Shown here in pieces: positions 60,559 to 64,000 of a DNA stretch of 64,000 nucleotides (positions within the stretch are counted from its first letter, which is position 1; each line of letters starts with the position of its first letter). The DNA is from an uncultured virus (IMG/VR IMGVR_UViG_3300025121_000046) (taxonomy: Duplodnaviria > Heunggongvirae > Uroviricota > Caudoviricetes > Crassvirales). The notes under the pieces are model-generated. The model was not told the DNA's origin. It made no database searches and saw nothing but the letters and a program-made list of their open reading frames with translations. Both the position numbers and the translations under genes were made by a program. Location: the IMG/VR virus record IMGVR_UViG_3300025121_000046, one strand, 5' to 3'.

Positions 60559-61091
60559 GTTGCTTTCTCAGTATCTTCGAAAATACCAACTTTACCACCA
60601 CCGCGTATTGACATCTGATCCTCTTCACCATAAATCTTTTTTTCCCATTTCTCAAGATCCTCAACAATAGATCCTACATCTTTCAATGCTTTAGTGGCCA
60701 GGGCCGGGTTATATGATTTGGTATCATTGTCACTATTAAACTTTAAAGCTTCATTGAACTTGATTATTGAATCAACAGTGTCACGTATACTGCGAAGATA
60801 TCTCATTGATGATGTCTCCTGCAGTTTAATATATTTCTTTATTGCTTCTTCAATAATATCATCAGTTACATATTCCGGATCTTCCATTACTTCCCGGGAT
60901 ATCATGGAACGTTTTTCAATACCATAAATATTATACTCACTTTTATAGTCTGCCACAAAATAAACATAGGCGAGTTGTTTGGTCGCTTTTTCTTTATTCT
61001 TTGAAATATCTCTATCCCATATCTTCCTGAACTCCGGGATCAACAGCATCCTGGGTTCTATCGTTACCTTGTTCTGATTGAGAATAAACAT
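60534..61091 (-). CDS. Conserved protein upstream of TerL (candidate small terminase)
   Basis: 185 aa helical; 'LLIPEF..IW.RD.SK.K..A...L.YVYF..D..S', C-terminal 'IRGG...G.FED'; overlaps terL start. Confidence 0.55.
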   Translation of the reverse strand: MFILNQNKVTIEPRMLLIPEFRKIWDRDISKNKEKATKQLAYVYFVADYKSEYNIYGIEKRSMISREVMEDPEYVTDDIIEEAIKKYIKLQETSSMRYLRSIRDTVDSIIKFNEALKFNSDNDTKSYNPALATKALKDVGSIVEDLEKWEKKIYGEEDQMSIRGGGKVGIFEDTEKATWMTTRQL

Positions 61092-61335
61092 CTTCTATTG
61101 TTTTTTTACTTTTGTTTACAAAGAAATTACGCTTACCTTTTTTCACTTTGAAACATCCAAAATATTCTAATCGCACATAAGGGAAATAATTATTATAAGA
61201 ATCAACTTTCTTCATCGTTTCCTTGACCATCTCAAATTCAACAGAGACAATCATCTTAACGGTATTTTTATGTATTCCGTGTTTCTTAGCTATTTCTTCG
61301 CATATGCGATCAATTCGTTTTGAGTGGATGTCCAT
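61012..61335 (-). CDS. HU/IHF-like protein
   Basis: 'ICEEIAKKHGI...V...FE.VKE.M...VRLEYFGCFKVK' HU-like pattern. Confidence 0.65.
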   Translation of the reverse strand: MDIHSKRIDRICEEIAKKHGIHKNTVKMIVSVEFEMVKETMKKVDSYNNYFPYVRLEYFGCFKVKKGKRNFFVNKSKKTIEDVYSQSEQGNDRTQDAVDPGVQEDMG

Positions 61336-61723
61336 TTAACCTGAATGTAAAAGTTAAACTACGATCATCAGCTAATATTACAAATATCGGCTTAATATTC
61401 TTTCCTTCCAAAATGCCAAGATTTCTTAATTGAGAAATATATATATTAAGATGATGCTCCTTCATTTTAAGATTATCACAGATCATCTCCTTTACTTCTC
61501 TTGAAAAAAGCTGAGCAGATCTATCCTTTTCAGGTATATTCTTATACTCATCATTAAAGTAAAGTAGTTGTGCAAGGACTCTCATAGGTTTATCGCTAAG
61601 AGTAGCCTTACGATTACCGGTAATATGCTTGAGCATGGAATCTATAGCCGGCTTCTTGAGGATCAGATACTCGAGAAAGAATTTTTCCCTGGTTGTTGTG
61701 ATATTGATATTTTCTGCGAGCAT
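61310..61723 (-). CDS. Putative winged-helix DNA-binding protein
   Basis: 'REVKEMICDNLKMKEHHLNIYISQLRNLGIL' wHTH-like segment. Confidence 0.55.
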   Translation of the reverse strand: MLAENINITTTREKFFLEYLILKKPAIDSMLKHITGNRKATLSDKPMRVLAQLLYFNDEYKNIPEKDRSAQLFSREVKEMICDNLKMKEHHLNIYISQLRNLGILEGKNIKPIFVILADDRSLTFTFRLNGHPLKTN

Positions 61724-61769
61724 GATTAAATTTTATAAAATCAAAATTTATAAATTTCAATTTAATACA

Positions 61770-61855
61770 CAAAAGCCAGGTGAGGAACATCCCCCCTGGC
61801 TTAAGTTTTTTAAGACGATGATTTAATAATTCTCCATACTGCAATCAAGTTACTT
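61770..61855 (-). ncRNA. Candidate ~85-nt small RNA or attenuated leader
   Basis: Lies between a perfect promoter (61859-61890) and a terminator hairpin (61771-61802); contains a 12-nt exact complement of the portal start region. Ends are inferred. Confidence 0.35.
61771..61802 (-). terminator. Rho-independent terminator / attenuator hairpin
   Basis: Minus strand AAGCCAGG-GGGGATGTTCCTCA-CCTGGCTT-TT: 8-bp stem followed by a short U tract. Confidence 0.7.
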
Positions 61856-61858
61856 CGT

Positions 61859-61890
61859 CAAAGGTAAACTTGATTTTTATAAATTCCAAA
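61859..61890 (-). promoter_or_regulatory. Bacteroidota primary-sigma promoter
   Basis: TTTG-GAATTTATAAAAATCAAGTT(20 nt)-TACCTTTG, an exact fit to the -33 TTTG / -7 TAnnTTTG consensus. Confidence 0.8.
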
Positions 61891-61913
61891 TTTATATTTT
61901 TCAGTTTTATAAA

Positions 61914-62342
61914 TTACTTTATGAGATTCGCTGCAGGAACCGTACAGAATATATCATGATCCTTTATGACCCAATAGAGCTCTTTGCAGATAACAAGAGG
62001 TTCTCCGGACTTTCCACGGTATAGAATATGGTCCCCTGTCTTGACAGATGGTTTAAGGAGTGTCCCCCCACCTATATCCCTTCCCGGGCCCACAGCCATA
62101 ACAACACCCTGGTTAGGATGCTCATCCCATTTATTCTTAAATTCAATATCTGCCACCTCATAACGAAGTGCATCTGCTGTTTCTCTTTGTTCTCTTTCGA
62201 GTGCATTCTTAGGAGCCGGAGCATCGGCAAGTATAAGCTTGCCTTTCTCTGCACGTTTTTGATTTACATCCTTGATAAGCAACCTTCTTATTATTATATT
62301 GTCACTACAAGGTTTAACCGGAAATTGTTTTGTTGTACTCAT
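61914..62342 (-). CDS. groES: Co-chaperonin GroES (Cpn10) with extended loop
   Basis: 'PCSDNIII', 'QGVVMAVGPGR', 'PSVKTGDHILY', 'IKDHDI' match GroES; about 35 extra aa after the mobile loop. Confidence 0.85.
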   Translation of the reverse strand: MSTTKQFPVKPCSDNIIIRRLLIKDVNQKRAEKGKLILADAPAPKNALEREQRETADALRYEVADIEFKNKWDEHPNQGVVMAVGPGRDIGGGTLLKPSVKTGDHILYRGKSGEPLVICKELYWVIKDHDIFCTVPAANLIK

Positions 62343-62365
62343 AAATATTGGTTATTAGTTAATTA

Positions 62366-62809
62366 TTAAAACGAGAGATCATCTTCTATAGGAGTAGCAT
62401 TATCGGATTTCACTGACAATATATCATCCTCATCATCGCTATCAATTCCAGGGAACTGATCTGAATAACTGTTAGACTGTGGTCTTATATCTGCTTTGAT
62501 GATGTCATCAGCCTTATTGATTATCTTGATCTCCATTACATCAAGATTGGTGTAGAATGATTCTTCTTCATCCTTTCCTATCTTTCTCCCGGAGATCTTA
62601 AACTTACAGATTACAAAGTCTCCTTTCTTTGCACCATCTAACTGACTCATTATTTCATTGATACATTGGAATCTCAAGTATTCAATGAATGTCCCTTTTT
62701 CGGTAGGGTTGTTGACCTGGATAATAAGTTCCTGCTTTTTGAACTTATCTGATTTAACCTGTGGCTCCATGATCTTATAGATCTTTCCTTTCTCTGTATA
62801 AATTTGCAT
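62366..62809 (-). CDS. DUF3127-like OB-fold protein (putative ssDNA-binding)
   Basis: 'GKI..I......SDKFKKQELII', 'GDFVICKFKISGR', 'FYTNL', acidic C-terminus ending DDLSF like SSB tails. Confidence 0.75.
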   Translation of the reverse strand: MQIYTEKGKIYKIMEPQVKSDKFKKQELIIQVNNPTEKGTFIEYLRFQCINEIMSQLDGAKKGDFVICKFKISGRKIGKDEEESFYTNLDVMEIKIINKADDIIKADIRPQSNSYSDQFPGIDSDDEDDILSVKSDNATPIEDDLSF

Positions 62810-62833
62810 TTTATAAAATTGAGATTTATAAAA

Positions 62834-64000
62834 TTAAGAATTACTTTTTGCTTGCCCAATTCTTTTTACAGTTACTCCATCCTGATCAGAAATATATCTG
62901 AAAGGATCTATCACTATACTTCCTGCAGGAAACATGCAGTTCCTGAACACTTCATGCTTAGTTCCTATAAAGAATATTCTTGCATCACCAAGAAATTGAT
63001 ATAGCTCATTTTCTTTCTGACCTGAATTTGGATCCAATTCTCTGCTCTTGCTGAACATATATACAGGATCAACCCATGGATCATACATCTTTATTTGTTT
63101 CTCGTCTATCCCTCTGTCAATTAATAAAAGTTCTTTTAATAAAAGAGATGGACTACCTATGGTAAGATTTGTTTCCGGTTTGAATGTATAGCCAAGGATC
63201 ATAATATCAAGATTACAGTCATTATTGAAATACTCATCTTCTATAAGCTGAGCAAGCCATTCTGTCTGTTTCTCCCGGGCCATCATAAGATTCTCCCACC
63301 AGTCATAAGAGATATTGAGTTTCTTTGCAATATGACTCAGGGCAATATTATCCCTGGGATGACAATTATGAACTGTACCACAAGGTACAACATAAGTATT
63401 ATGTCTATCAATCCAGAGATTATAAACTGGTCCTTTAAACCATGTTTTATGTATCTGTATTATATGACGAAAAGTTCCTTTATTGGTGACTACATAGTTT
63501 TGAATGTCTACTGGATTTTCAATTTTATCCCATCCAATAATATCACATAATTTAGAAGCAAGATATTTATTTCTAACTCTTACTTCATATGCTTTCTTAT
63601 GAATACCTCTTGGTGGGATAACCCTCAACGAAGGACAAAGATCAAGACGATGTAGTATTATAAAACTCCCCCAAGCAAGATCTTTCGAAATTGTACTATA
63701 TGAAATTCCATTCTTATTTCTATGTCCATCTCCAAGAATTAATCCTTTCAAAAGCAATAGCGATTGTTTTGACCATAAAATTTGAGGAGGAATATATTTT
63801 GTAGCTGCGCCTTTACCAAAATCATTAAATAATAATTCTGCAAGTCTTTTTGATCCAAATCTTACAGATAAACTATTCCCTTCTATTTTAATAGTAACTC
63901 TTGAAAAAAGACCTCTTAAATTTTTCCTTTTTGGAATAAGACCAAATCTCTCTGATGTTATTCTTTCAATTAATTCTTTAATTCGTTCAGCATACATCAT
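62834..64000 (-). CDS. UDP-glucose/GDP-mannose dehydrogenase-family protein containing an intein (5' part outside window)
   Basis: After intein end VHN comes CHPRDNIAL (family GGxC(L/H)P(K/R)D catalytic-Cys motif), ILGYTFKPET, GSPS, YDPWV, VIDPFR (UDP-binding domain). The ATG at 64000 is internal. Confidence 0.85.
   Translation of the reverse strand: MMYAERIKELIERITSERFGLIPKRKNLRGLFSRVTIKIEGNSLSVRFGSKRLAELLFNDFGKGAATKYIPPQILWSKQSLLLLKGLILGDGHRNKNGISYSTISKDLAWGSFIILHRLDLCPSLRVIPPRGIHKKAYEVRVRNKYLASKLCDIIGWDKIENPVDIQNYVVTNKGTFRHIIQIHKTWFKGPVYNLWIDRHNTYVVPCGTVHNCHPRDNIALSHIAKKLNISYDWWENLMMAREKQTEWLAQLIEDEYFNNDCNLDIMILGYTFKPETNLTIGSPSLLLKELLLIDRGIDEKQIKMYDPWVDPVYMFSKSRELDPNSGQKENELYQFLGDARIFFIGTKHEVFRNCMFPAGSIVIDPFRYISDQDGVTVKRIGQAKSNS
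63365..64000 (-). mobile_element. Intein with LAGLIDADG homing endonuclease (C-terminal part)
   Basis: LLKGLILGDG (LAGLIDADG block), YSTISKDLA, F-block GPVYNLWID..NTY and G-block VHN followed by +1 Cys (63362-63364). Confidence 0.9.

Noticed and set aside
61614..61844. 76 aa minus-strand ORF in the promoter leader
   Set aside because: Non-ATG start, runs through the terminator hairpin and AT-rich tract, and overlaps the 61310..61723 gene out of frame.
1550..63550. Many short plus-strand ORFs and nested minus-strand ORFs in the track
   Set aside because: They lie antisense or out of frame within long, motif-bearing minus-strand genes and have no recognisable motifs; the Pro/Val/Gly-rich ones at 43657-45228 are antisense shadows of the collagen repeats.
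1..64000. Stop-codon reassignment (TAG/TGA recoding seen in some Crassvirales)
   Set aside because: Genes are full length in the standard code; TGA is used as stop in ATGA overlaps (33492, 33995) and TAG ends genes at 45983 and 60534.
1..64000. tRNA, rRNA, CRISPR array, integrase or reverse transcriptase
   Set aside because: None recognised; intergenic gaps are short and no matching motifs were seen.

Overview
The window is a 64 kb, almost entirely minus-strand segment of a large Crassvirales-like (crAss-like) podovirus, probably infecting Bacteroidota (inferred from a perfect TTTG-N20-TAnnTTTG promoter and Bacteroidota-type FN3/FISUMP modules). In transcription order (right to left) it carries: an intein-interrupted UDP-glucose/GDP-mannose dehydrogenase-family gene (partial), DUF3127-like protein, GroES, HU/IHF-like and packaging genes (large terminase, portal), scaffold-like protein, major capsid protein, several tail ring paralogues and an auxiliary capsid-like protein. 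An inserted block follows with a Thr-rich collagen-like fibre and a triple glycosyltransferase fusion (GT2-TPR / GT-A / GT29 sialyltransferase-like), then signal-peptide-bearing proteins including a PL9-like lyase, a lysis cassette, a split tail-stabilisation (muzzle) gene carrying 9 FN3-like repeats plus a FISUMP domain, and two cargo proteins. The left 18.2 kb, absent from the ORF track, is one reading frame (18252 to <1, at least 6084 aa) encoding a virion RNA polymerase (GSDFDVD) fused to an SF1 helicase, two HExxH zincin-like domains and a PD-(D/E)XK nuclease. The most notable hypotheses are a phage-encoded virion glycosylation system, the giant multi-enzyme ejected polyprotein, the adhesin-grafted split muzzle, and a candidate ~85-nt small RNA with 12 nt of perfect complementarity to the portal start codon region. 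All family calls come from motif recognition and gene order, not database searches.
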